13,756 nt of DNA from Candidatus Sumerlaeia bacterium (GCA_038208905.1 JBBQYG010000106.1:1-13756), one strand, 5' to 3'. Shown: positions 7,301 to 13,756, numbered from the stretch's first letter. Notes: generated by a model from the sequence alone, not told the origin. A program made the numbers and translations.

Positions 7301-8173
7301 GCGCAGTTTGTGGCTCCCGCCACACTGGAGGACGGCGTCGCGATCGGGTTCCTGGTTTCGCGCGCGGGCGCGGCGGGATTCGCGCCGTATCTGGAATCGT
7401 CGGCGGTGCTGGTGCCGCCGGTGGAACTACTCGGCCTGCCGCGCCGCGTGGTGGTGGGTCCGCCCACGATGCTGACGGTGGCCGTCAGGAACAACCTGCC
7501 GACGAAGGCCGTCGGTGAAGTGTCGTTCGCCGCGAGCAGCCTCGCCTCGGCGTCGCCGGTGCCGCTCGAACTCGCCCCCGGAGAGGAACGCGCCATCCAA
7601 CTCCGCCTCGTTGCCGCAAGCCGCCCGGCAATGGACATGCACGAGCCGCTGGCCATCGGGTGGAACGCGGGCGACGACGATGCGGGCGCGGCCTCCGCGG
7701 AGGTGCCGCTGGTGCTGCTCTCCGCCGACGCCAGCCTCCTGCGCACGAGCGGCGTGACCGTGACGGTCGATTCATTCTACTTTGGATACGACAAGCTGGC
7801 GATCACCGATGGCGTGCGCGATGGCGCTGGTCTCGACTGGACGGAGGCCGCGTGGGCCAGCGACGAGGGCATGGTCCCGCACTGGGCCCAGTTCGATTTC
7901 GAGAAGCCCACGATGCTCCGCGAGGTGCGGATATTCTGGGCCTTCGACAGCGGCAAGCACTGGACCTCCCGCGAGCTGACCGTTGAGGGCTGGCGCCCCG
8001 GCGCAACCGCGTGGGAGGTGCTCGCGCGGCACGGCGACGGGACATTGGTTCCCGAAACGCGCCTCGCGTTTCCCGCGGGCGAATATACACGCATCCGCCT
8101 GTACCAAGCACCGGGTGGCGGCGCGGCGGAGCGGCCCGGCCTGCTGTGGCTTGGCGAGGTGGAGGCGCGATGA
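4379..8173 (+). CDS. Large secreted multidomain putative glycoside hydrolase, 1264 aa, with inserted CBM-like domain, Ig/NEW3-like domain and C-terminal F5/8C (discoidin/CBM32-like) domain
   Basis: ATG 4379 overlaps the upstream stop (alternative 4385). Signal MIMRRPIYALAAAMVMASAIPA. Aromatic-rich core with YCEP, GLYLDSFEGW, LLMANT and LDVLGIETSW. LTVAVRN...LAPGEERAI is Ig-like. AITDG...AWAS...PHWAQFDFEKPTMLREVRIFW...LWLGEVEA is discoidin-like. The CDS is secure; hydrolase function is inferred. Confidence 0.75.
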   Translation: MIMRRPIYALAAAMVMASAIPAEISLQQKGNQIYIVRDGVLVSQRPARFVVQEWQRRQADAPANAARAGVGSIVETDALESVLLSPANDAWTEEPVSVIVGEGNVYTQELVFPRELSVTAEWSAENGGVRVRGKVRNLSTTAERREIPITFSLAIPVDGESLTWLADNHRSEAIEGTTEILNTVATMAGPRGAMSRYPFAAIAGDRQLAVGMPLDQPRIQRLLWDGKHRALVAEVDVTISPDTEKFPGYVPFDFMLFDFEAEFGFRSVANAYYALNPDSYSTRIDYQGQWMPFTQIDSVQRAEDFRFAFHEYHPNVSVAYNTAQGIESLVYCEPPVQYINVAANVPKELASLLGILDGMGNTQGSQVRGSGTWDRSGNLQAAWVETPWAVGARVPTNGDPELPRTARNPHNSFDANWLPYRDLWQRRAEDQPAAWNGGRIMEGVVGASGRALNLRAGESSELVLSNAADLKLSITAMGAPGATVRVGIGDAAQAFPLSRSFAALEFAASAAPGASLRLTAQGGDVYIDSITGADAALANAQFDAGRLDEEAVTGLYLDSFEGWDSKDLNFRREHFATSDYPLTFDARTGETAQVIMMHNFELAAEARRRLHARGDLLMANTALYQWSWSAHFLDVLGIETSWGEGERIVPPKIADLDYLRTMLYHKPYCYLQNLRFDMFRGQKVEDYFARCLHYGMWPSFFSFNAAEEPYWQNPGLYNADRAYFLTFMEPQGRMTRGGWEPITLAASANRELLVERWGGGAWKGEPLSAESFYISIYNPSERMQSGDLRADARLTAETAYLVLDALTGRSVENLLGRDGSVPVRLRSLGVSSLWFVARTEVALGSVLRQEVGELLRLSGKYQRYGLIDAATVAALKSALAAATPSESEKEIAKLLSTVGGEYRAEIERSYSTWRIASAALEEVRGGKVEPIALPRSIARGVEYRIQAPASSPVELELKVTTSAGEHNIAFRDGVAQFVAPATLEDGVAIGFLVSRAGAAGFAPYLESSAVLVPPVELLGLPRRVVVGPPTMLTVAVRNNLPTKAVGEVSFAASSLASASPVPLELAPGEERAIQLRLVAASRPAMDMHEPLAIGWNAGDDDAGAASAEVPLVLLSADASLLRTSGVTVTVDSFYFGYDKLAITDGVRDGAGLDWTEAAWASDEGMVPHWAQFDFEKPTMLREVRIFWAFDSGKHWTSRELTVEGWRPGATAWEVLARHGDGTLVPETRLAFPAGEYTRIRLYQAPGGGAAERPGLLWLGEVEAR

Positions 8174-9225
8174 TCGCCACGATGAAACACTCGACGCTCG
8201 CTGCGGGGCAGATCCTTGCGCAGGGTGAAGTCCAGCGACTTCTTGCTGCGCCGTTCGCGGCAAGTGGCGATCTCGATGCTGCGCTGCGAAACCTGGGCGC
8301 ATGGCTGGAATCCATCGGCTACTTCGCGCACCTGACCGACACCAACGAGCGACTGAGCTTCCGCGACGACGCGTTGGGCCTGATGTTGCGCCTGCAAGTC
8401 AACTACTCTCGCCTCGCCTACCGCAGCCCCGCCGCCGACCGCCGCGTGGCGTGCCCGCTCTGCATCGAGAACATCGGCACTCCGGGCAAGGAACTGCTCC
8501 GCGTGTTTCATTTCGCGCTGGCCGGGCGGCCCTTCTTCTCGCATCCCACGCCGTTCCCCCTCTGCGAAGGTCACTTCGTCGTCAACTCGCTCGCGCACGA
8601 ACCGATGGCCATCGGGGAGCGCGGCTTGCGCGAATCCGCGGACTTCGTCGCGCAAACGCAGTCGTGGCTCGTCGCCTCCAATAGCGATGTGGAATGGGCC
8701 GGCGCGTCGGTGCTGGGGCACCACCACATGCAGGTGTTCGCCGGCCTCGTGCTGCCGCTGGAGTCGGCGCACCCGCTGCACGATCTTACACTATCCGAAT
8801 GCGAGGGATCCTTTCTCGACTGGCCCTGTCCGGTGGTTCGCCTGGCGGGAGATACGGAACCGACGCTCGCAGCCGCCAGCCGACTGATCGCCGCGTGGAA
8901 GGCGATTGATCCGGGCAAGGCCACGTTCAACTCCCTGATGCGTAGGAAGGCAGGCGGCGGACTCGCGATTCATCTGCTGTTTCGCCATCCGGACTTCCGG
9001 ACGCAGGAACCGTTGCGCCAGATCAAGTCCGAGGGAATCGGCATCATCGAAATGGCGGGCGAGGTGATCGTGCCGCCGATCGCGGGGAAGTCGCGCGAGG
9101 AAAACCGCGCATACTTCGAGCGCGAGGGACTTGCCGTCATCCGCGGAATCATCGGCCAGAACGCCCCATGGCCGGCCCAGTGGACGCCGGAGTGGTTTGC
9201 GGATCTGGCGCGGAAAATCGGATAG
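8170..9225 (+). CDS. galT: Galactose-1-phosphate uridylyltransferase-like protein (class II / Gram-positive-type GalT, HIT superfamily), 351 aa
   Basis: ATG 8170 overlaps the upstream stop (alternative 8182). CPLCIENIG, AGASVLGHHHMQ (HxHxQ; compare GGSILSHDHFQ) and IKSEGIGIIEMAGEVIVP (compare HIKKENIGLIEVMGLAILP). Shares an operon with a galK-like gene. Confidence 0.8.
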   Translation: MIATMKHSTLAAGQILAQGEVQRLLAAPFAASGDLDAALRNLGAWLESIGYFAHLTDTNERLSFRDDALGLMLRLQVNYSRLAYRSPAADRRVACPLCIENIGTPGKELLRVFHFALAGRPFFSHPTPFPLCEGHFVVNSLAHEPMAIGERGLRESADFVAQTQSWLVASNSDVEWAGASVLGHHHMQVFAGLVLPLESAHPLHDLTLSECEGSFLDWPCPVVRLAGDTEPTLAAASRLIAAWKAIDPGKATFNSLMRRKAGGGLAIHLLFRHPDFRTQEPLRQIKSEGIGIIEMAGEVIVPPIAGKSREENRAYFEREGLAVIRGIIGQNAPWPAQWTPEWFADLARKIG

Positions 9226-9249
9226 GGAAAGGAGAATCGGAGAAAGGCC

Positions 9250-9300
9250 TTGACCATACGCGGCCCTAATTTATTCTGTCTTAAATTAAAGAACAAAACA
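9250..9300 (+). promoter_or_regulatory. Putative sigma70-type promoter with downstream palindrome
   Basis: TTGACC 9250-9255, 16-nt spacer, TATTCT 9272-9277. Imperfect palindrome TCTTAAATTAAAGA at 9279-9292 (12/14). RBS GGAG at 9361-9364. Confidence 0.6.
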
Positions 9301-9369
9301 TAGAAACCCCGGGATTAGCCTCTCGCGCCGCGAGACACCCCCACACCGACCAAATCAAAAGGAGAAGCC

Positions 9370-10533
9370 ATGAAGAAGACAGCCTTTCTCGCTCCCATCG
9401 CCGCCGCCCTCGCGATCCTCGCGTCGTCCGCAACCGCCCAGGTCTGGAGCCCGGGCATCGTCATCGATGGAAACTTCGACGACTGGGACGGTCAGGTGCC
9501 CGCCCTGATTACGGACGTGACCGGCGACGGCGGCACCGGCCGTGACATCGTCGCGATCTACCTCGGCAACGACCAGAACAACCTCTACGTCCGCATTCAG
9601 GGCGCCAACGCCGATGCGTATGACGGCAGCGAATTCTCCGGCATTGACAAGGACAACAACGTGGCCACGGGCTTCAACCTGTTCGGCGCGGGCAAGGGAT
9701 CCGAGACGATGGTCGCCGGCGCCAGCGTCGTTGGCCAGGCCGGGGGCGCATTCAACGAGGGCGCCGCAACGCCGGGCTCCGTTCCCTTCGGGCCGTTCGT
9801 CGCTTCGACTGACATTGAGTACGCGATCGCGCTGAACACGGTCGTCCCCACCGCCATCGCTTCCTTCCCGGCCCTGGGCCAGATCATTGGCTTCGTGTAT
9901 GGCGACGGCAACGGCGGCGCGACCGACGTCGCCAGCGGCGACTACACCCTTGCCACCGGCTCGGCGGCGACGCCGGGCGCGACGATCGATCTCTTCGCGA
10001 ACTACGGAACCAATGCCGCGGGCAAGACGCGCGACGGCAGCCCCACGGGCGGCTTCTCCGCCGCGCGCAGCAACTTCGCCCCGGGGGGCCCGCTCGGCGT
10101 TGCCGACACCGCGCTCGGCGTCAGCCACACCACCGCCGCCGTGGACTTCGGCCTTTCGCTGGTCACGCATCGCTTCGCCACGCCGGTGAATATCACCGGC
10201 CACAACCGCGTCACGCTGGACGTTTTCGGCAATGCCGCGGCCGCCAACAAGAACCTCTGGCTTGGCCTCGTCGATACCGGCGGAACCTACTATGCCGTCG
10301 GCGCGGTCTTCCCCACCACCGCAACCTGGACCACTGTGGACGTCGGCCCGACGAGCGGTTGGTTCTCTCAGGTGGCCGGAGACGACAACGTCCTCGACCT
10401 CGCCAACATCGTCGAGTGGCGCATCGGCCTTCAAGAGACCACCCCCGCCGCGCCGGGCACCTTCGCCGTGGCCTATGACAACCTGCTGGCGCCGACAACG
10501 GCCGGCGTCGCCGAATGGATGACGATGGAGTAA
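9370..10533 (+). CDS. Secreted non-catalytic carbohydrate-binding-like protein, 387 aa (DOMON/CBM9-like + CBM11-like domains, short Trp-containing C-terminal tail)
   Basis: Signal MKKTAFLAPIAAALAILASSATA|Q. First domain IVIDGNFDDW, DVTGDG...DI...NDQNNLYVRI, IDKDNNVATGF. Second domain PVNITGHNRVTLDVFG...WTTVDV...LDLANI...AVAYDNL. Ends AGVAEWMTME. Confidence 0.8.
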   Translation: MKKTAFLAPIAAALAILASSATAQVWSPGIVIDGNFDDWDGQVPALITDVTGDGGTGRDIVAIYLGNDQNNLYVRIQGANADAYDGSEFSGIDKDNNVATGFNLFGAGKGSETMVAGASVVGQAGGAFNEGAATPGSVPFGPFVASTDIEYAIALNTVVPTAIASFPALGQIIGFVYGDGNGGATDVASGDYTLATGSAATPGATIDLFANYGTNAAGKTRDGSPTGGFSAARSNFAPGGPLGVADTALGVSHTTAAVDFGLSLVTHRFATPVNITGHNRVTLDVFGNAAAANKNLWLGLVDTGGTYYAVGAVFPTTATWTTVDVGPTSGWFSQVAGDDNVLDLANIVEWRIGLQETTPAAPGTFAVAYDNLLAPTTAGVAEWMTME

Positions 10534-10568
10534 CCGCCCCTACGGGCCATCGCGAAGGAACCATCAAT

Positions 10569-10603
10569 CGGCGGGCGGCGCGGGATGCGTCGCCCGCCGT
10601 TTT
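10569..10603 (+). terminator. Intrinsic terminator between convergent genes
   Basis: 13-bp stem CGGCGGGCGGCGC / GCGTCGCCCGCCG (one G-U), GGGAT loop, then TTTT. Starts 35 nt after the stop at 10533. Confidence 0.8.
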
Positions 10604-10638
10604 GCGTTGGAGGGATACTGCTGTCGGCCGTCGTTCTA

Positions 10639-11268
10639 CTACTTCTTCTTCCAATCATCGTCCAGCCACGGCGAGGCCTTCACGGCGTCGAATTCGCGCC
10701 GGGCGTCCTCGCCCAGCTTGCGGTCCATCAAGTCCCAGAACCGTGGCATCGTCCACGCGGGAAAGGGGCGCTCTACGCGGCGCAGCGGGGCGCCGGGCGA
10801 GAGCGCGCCGGCGACCTCCACCGCCATGTACCAGCCGGTGACGCGCTGCTCCTTCGTCCACAGGTGGAAGCCCTTGTCTCCCCAGTGCGCGGCCAGCGTG
10901 CGGCAGGGGGCGCGCGGCCCGGCGACGCGGACGCTAACACCCCCATCGAGTTCGTACAGATCGCCCACGCACACGTCGGCATCCACAAGGCCGCCCAGAT
11001 GGAGGTTCTCTCCAAAGGAACCCGGCGGCATCGCCACCCCGGCGCGGGCGTGGCAGGCGGGATAGTGCTCGCTGGCGTAGGCGCAGAGGGCCTTGAACCG
11101 CCCCCCGTGATGGCGGGTGTCCACCTGCACATCTCCCCTGACGCCGAGCGTGTCCACGAATACAGGCCCGGGGAGGGCAACCTTTCGGATGGCGGAGGTG
11201 GCGCCGGGCTTGCCGGCCAAGGGCTCCTGCTTGCCGGAGTGAATCGAGAGCACGAGGGGCGATGTCAT
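10639..11268 (-). CDS. MOSC domain protein (YiiM-like), 209 aa
   Basis: ATG 11268 with AGGAAA upstream. GDVQVDTRHHGG, KALCAY..EHY, PGSFGENL, VCVGDLY, PRAPC (conserved Cys), TGWY, and a 3-alpha-like C-terminus. Tandem TAG stops. Confidence 0.92.
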   Translation of the reverse strand: MTSPLVLSIHSGKQEPLAGKPGATSAIRKVALPGPVFVDTLGVRGDVQVDTRHHGGRFKALCAYASEHYPACHARAGVAMPPGSFGENLHLGGLVDADVCVGDLYELDGGVSVRVAGPRAPCRTLAAHWGDKGFHLWTKEQRVTGWYMAVEVAGALSPGAPLRRVERPFPAWTMPRFWDLMDRKLGEDARREFDAVKASPWLDDDWKKK

Positions 11269-11272
11269 GGAT

Positions 11273-12736
11273 CTACTTTCCTTTCGGGCTGTTGTCGCGG
11301 CGATCCTTGGCGGGCCCCGCAACGGAGGAGAGAACCTTCACCGGCCAGTCATAGACCAACTGCAGGAGCACCGCATGAGCCGGGAGGGCCTTGGCCTCGG
11401 GCACACTTCCCAGAAGCGCCTGGGCCGCCGCCCCCAACCCCAGCATCGCCCCAAACACCACCGCGAAGGGCGCCAGCCCCGATGACTGCCCGCCCGCATC
11501 CCCGCCGTGGCGCAACCAGTCCAGCGTCACGCCAAAGATGAGTGGCGCGGCGCCCCCGCTGAGAGCAACGAGCACCTGGAACACGGTGTTGCCGATAACC
11601 TGATCCTCCCGCGGGATGGTCGCCAGCACCAGGCGCATCTGGGCAATGGCGTGGGCCGCGTTGAAGACCCCAAACAGGAAATAGGCCCCGCCCACCAGCC
11701 ACAGCCCCGGCTTGAACAGGTGGAGTCCGGCCGCCGCCCAGAACGCGCATGCCGCCAACAGCGCCCCGCCAGAGAGGCGAATTAGCGGGCGGCTCCCCAC
11801 GCGGTCGCTCAGCGAGCCCCAGTAAACCGCCGTCAGCAGCACCCCCAGCATGGTGAGCGACTGAAACTTGAGCACGGCGCCATCGGGCCAGCCGAGTTCC
11901 TCGCGGACGAAGAGCACCAGATAGACAGGGAGCGCGGCGAACGCGAAGGTCATCATCAGCACATAGCGCGTGGTGCGGCGGAACCCGGGAAGCGCCCACA
12001 GCTCCAGCGCCTTGCGCCAAATATCGGCCAGCGACCAGTTGGGCGGGCGGGCGGCGGAGGAGGAGAGGCGCGCGGGCTCTGGCGCGCGGCGCAGGCAGAG
12101 GACGCTGCCCATGCCGGCCGCCCATGCGAAAACGAACAACGCCCCGAATCGCCAGGCCGGAGGATCAGAGCCAAGGAACGCGCCGCACCCCAGCAGCGTC
12201 AGGAAGGCGCAGATGTTCATCACGCTCTGCTCCTTTCCCAGATACTGGCCGCGCTGCTCCTCGGGCACCACCTCCGCAATCCACGGGAACCAAGCCCCCG
12301 ACGCAAAACCGCGGATCGCGTTGAACCCCGCCACCGGCAGAATGAGCGCCACCGTAAGGAACATCGTCGAGAAGCCGTGGCTGGCCATCAGCGGCAGCGG
12401 CGCAATCAGCAGCAGCATGTAGGATCGAAGCCCCCAGCCCCACAGCAGCATCCGCTTGCAGCCGAAGCGATAGACCAGGTTGGTCGCGAAAAGCTGAAGC
12501 ATCACCAGCAGCGGCTGGATCGAGTTCAGGATGCCGATGGCCGACTCGCCTGCGCCCAGATACCGCGCCGTCAGCACCAGCGGCGCCCCCAGCGCGATGG
12601 TGAAGTTGACAGAGTTCAGCCCCTGAAAATAGAGAAGCCATCGAAGTTCCGGCGGAAGCGGCGGGGGAGCATGGTGGGGCTGGCGCGAAGACACGCGGGC
12701 AAGCCTTGGGCGGGGGCCAATCCGTGTCCAGCCCAT
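11273..12736 (-). CDS. MFS transporter (start uncertain: 12754, 12736 or GTG 12694)
   Basis: About 12 hydrophobic segments. LVYRFGCKRML and WGSLSDRVGSRPL (MFS motif A copies), WIAEVVPEEQRGQYLG. Stop lies 4 nt before the MOSC start. Confidence 0.9.
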   Translation of the reverse strand: MGWTRIGPRPRLARVSSRQPHHAPPPLPPELRWLLYFQGLNSVNFTIALGAPLVLTARYLGAGESAIGILNSIQPLLVMLQLFATNLVYRFGCKRMLLWGWGLRSYMLLLIAPLPLMASHGFSTMFLTVALILPVAGFNAIRGFASGAWFPWIAEVVPEEQRGQYLGKEQSVMNICAFLTLLGCGAFLGSDPPAWRFGALFVFAWAAGMGSVLCLRRAPEPARLSSSAARPPNWSLADIWRKALELWALPGFRRTTRYVLMMTFAFAALPVYLVLFVREELGWPDGAVLKFQSLTMLGVLLTAVYWGSLSDRVGSRPLIRLSGGALLAACAFWAAAGLHLFKPGLWLVGGAYFLFGVFNAAHAIAQMRLVLATIPREDQVIGNTVFQVLVALSGGAAPLIFGVTLDWLRHGGDAGGQSSGLAPFAVVFGAMLGLGAAAQALLGSVPEAKALPAHAVLLQLVYDWPVKVLSSVAGPAKDRRDNSPKGK

Positions 12737-12805
12737 CGTTCCCGCGCCTTGCATTTGTCGCCCCGCGTGGCTGACCGAGCGGCCAATTGCGGGGGGGGAA
12801 AGCCC

Positions 12806-12896
12806 TTGACACCCGGCACCCTCCAAACGTCCCTTGGAACTCCGAAAGCGTTGTTTTTCAAGACTTTTGGGATACCCAAAGACCCCCATTGGAGGA
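12806..12896 (+). promoter_or_regulatory. Possible promoter/leader of the lipoprotein gene
   Basis: TTGACA at 12806-12811 with no convincing -10. Hairpin TTTGGG-ATA-CCCAAA at 12866-12880. Strong RBS GGAGGA at 12891-12896. Confidence 0.35.
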
Positions 12897-12903
12897 TTGT
12901 CTG

Positions 12904-13461
12904 GTGAAATTCCTGAGACTGCTTCCCGCCTTGCTCGTTGCGATCGCCCTCTTGGCCTCTGGTTGCGGAGAGAGCGCGCAGGAGAAGGAAATCAAGGAGC
13001 TCTCGACGAGCCAGAAGGACCTCGCCGCGAAGGTTCAGCAGACGACCTCGGAGATCAATTCGACTCTCGGCGAGCTGAAGAAGGAAAAAGACGCCCTTTC
13101 CGCCGCGCTTTCCGGCCTTCAGGAAAGCAAAGTCCGCCTTGAAGTTCGCCTTTCCGATCTCGATTCCAAGATCGGCAACCTGAACGCCATCGTTAAGTCC
13201 AACGTGGACGAGTTGACGGCGAAGGAAGCGGCACGCGCCGCCAGCGGCGGCGGCAGCTTCTGGCGCCTGCTCCTGATCGTCATCATCGTCGTCGTCATCC
13301 TGATCGTGATCATCCGCATCCTCCGCTCGCGCAGCGAGTTCGACGACGAGGAAGAGGACTACGAGGACTTCGAGGACGACGAGGACCTTGGCTTCGAGGA
13401 CGACGAGGAGTTCGAGGACGAGGACACCAGCAACAAGAAGAAGAACAACGACGACGTCTGA
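12904..13461 (+). CDS. Lipoprotein with long coiled coil, C-terminal transmembrane helix and acidic tail, 185 aa
   Basis: GTG 12904 after GGAGGA. Lipobox MKFLRLLPALLVAIALLASG|C, then about 89 aa of heptad pattern, SGGGS, TM LLLIVIIVVVILIVII, basic RILRSR and a D/E-rich tail. Confidence 0.88.
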   Translation: MKFLRLLPALLVAIALLASGCGESAQEKEIKELSTSQKDLAAKVQQTTSEINSTLGELKKEKDALSAALSGLQESKVRLEVRLSDLDSKIGNLNAIVKSNVDELTAKEAARAASGGGSFWRLLLIVIIVVVILIVIIRILRSRSEFDDEEEDYEDFEDDEDLGFEDDEEFEDEDTSNKKKNNDDV

Positions 13462-13495
13462 TCCACGGCGCGCCGGACCACTGAAGACATGACTC

Positions 13496-13531
13496 GGGCC
13501 CCGGGAACTTTCCCGGGGCCTGTTCTTTTTT
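13496..13531 (+). terminator. Intrinsic terminator
   Basis: Perfect 10-bp stem GGCCCCGGGA-ACTT-TCCCGGGGCC (13497-13520) followed by TGTTCTTTTTT. Confidence 0.92.
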
Positions 13532-13532
13532 G

Positions 13533-13646
13533 GGGAATGGTGAATAGGGAATGGTGAATTGAAGGGCGGGCGGCGGGCGCCCACCACCCAGATCGCATCA
13601 GGCCTTTCCTATTCCCCGTTCCCTATTCCCCGTCCCCCCATTCCCC
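13533..13646. repeat. Two inverted arrays of heptamer tandem repeats (STRR-like)
   Basis: GGGAATG GTGAATA GGGAATG GTGAATT (13533-13560) faces CCTATTC CCCGTTC CCTATTC CCCGTCC C CCCATTC (13608-13643). Confidence 0.75.
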
Positions 13647-13756
13647 TCTTGTCCCCCCCCGCCGCCACGGGGCATTTCCCACGCCTCTCGCCGGGTGGCG
13701 GGTTGCCAATCAGAGAAGAGGTGTTCACGTGCCAGTTACGGTCATTGTCGGGTGCC

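Noticed and set aside
659..10434. Long antisense ORFs (659-1975, 3000-4379, 5000-6457, 7777-8781, 9355-10434)
   Set aside because: Shadow ORFs expected from high-GC codon bias opposite well-supported genes; no motifs.
10536..10547. Small hairpin GCCC-CTAC-GGGC resembling a GTAG REP end
   Set aside because: Only a 4-bp stem, single copy, with no partner unit.
10585..11541. 318-aa + strand ORF with a hydrophobic start; also 12616-13587 on the minus strand
   Set aside because: Antisense shadows of the MOSC/MFS and lipoprotein genes. The first starts inside a terminator, and the hydrophobic runs mirror charged codons on the real strand.
13533..13646. CRISPR array or tRNA/rRNA
   Set aside because: The repeats are 7-mers without unique spacers. 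No cas genes, cloverleaf or rRNA-like sequence were seen anywhere in the window.
12789..13662. 11-bp inverted pair GCGGGGGGGGA / TCCCCCCCCGC flanking the lipoprotein gene; G8 tract as a phase-variation site
   Set aside because: Low complexity in GC-rich DNA, no recombinase nearby, and the tract lies outside the promoter spacer and the likely coding regions.

Overview
GC-rich bacterial window. The pilin type and one protein's C-terminal tail suggest Candidatus Sumerlaeota/BRC1 or a similar PVC-like lineage (inference, not verified). The core is a tightly coupled + strand operon (275-9225) with four consecutive ATGA overlaps. It encodes a GspG-like prepilin, a Gfo/Idh/MocA oxidoreductase, a galactokinase-like GHMP kinase, a secreted redox-degenerate thioredoxin fused to two DOMON/CBM9-like domains, a 1264-aa secreted putative glycoside hydrolase and a class-II GalT-like uridylyltransferase. 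A separately promoted secreted CBM-like protein follows (9370-10533). Together these look like a pilin-led sugar (galactoside/GalNAc-like) utilisation locus with no SusCD or ABC importer in view. Downstream are a convergent MFS + MOSC (YiiM-like) pair and an unusual lipoprotein with a coiled coil, a TM helix and an acidic tail. Non-coding signals include a TA-bounded MITE-like element containing an inverted REP doublet (3-147), promoters with a shared AT-rich motif, two intrinsic terminators and inverted heptamer arrays at the right end. All family assignments come from reading motifs by eye; no searches were run.
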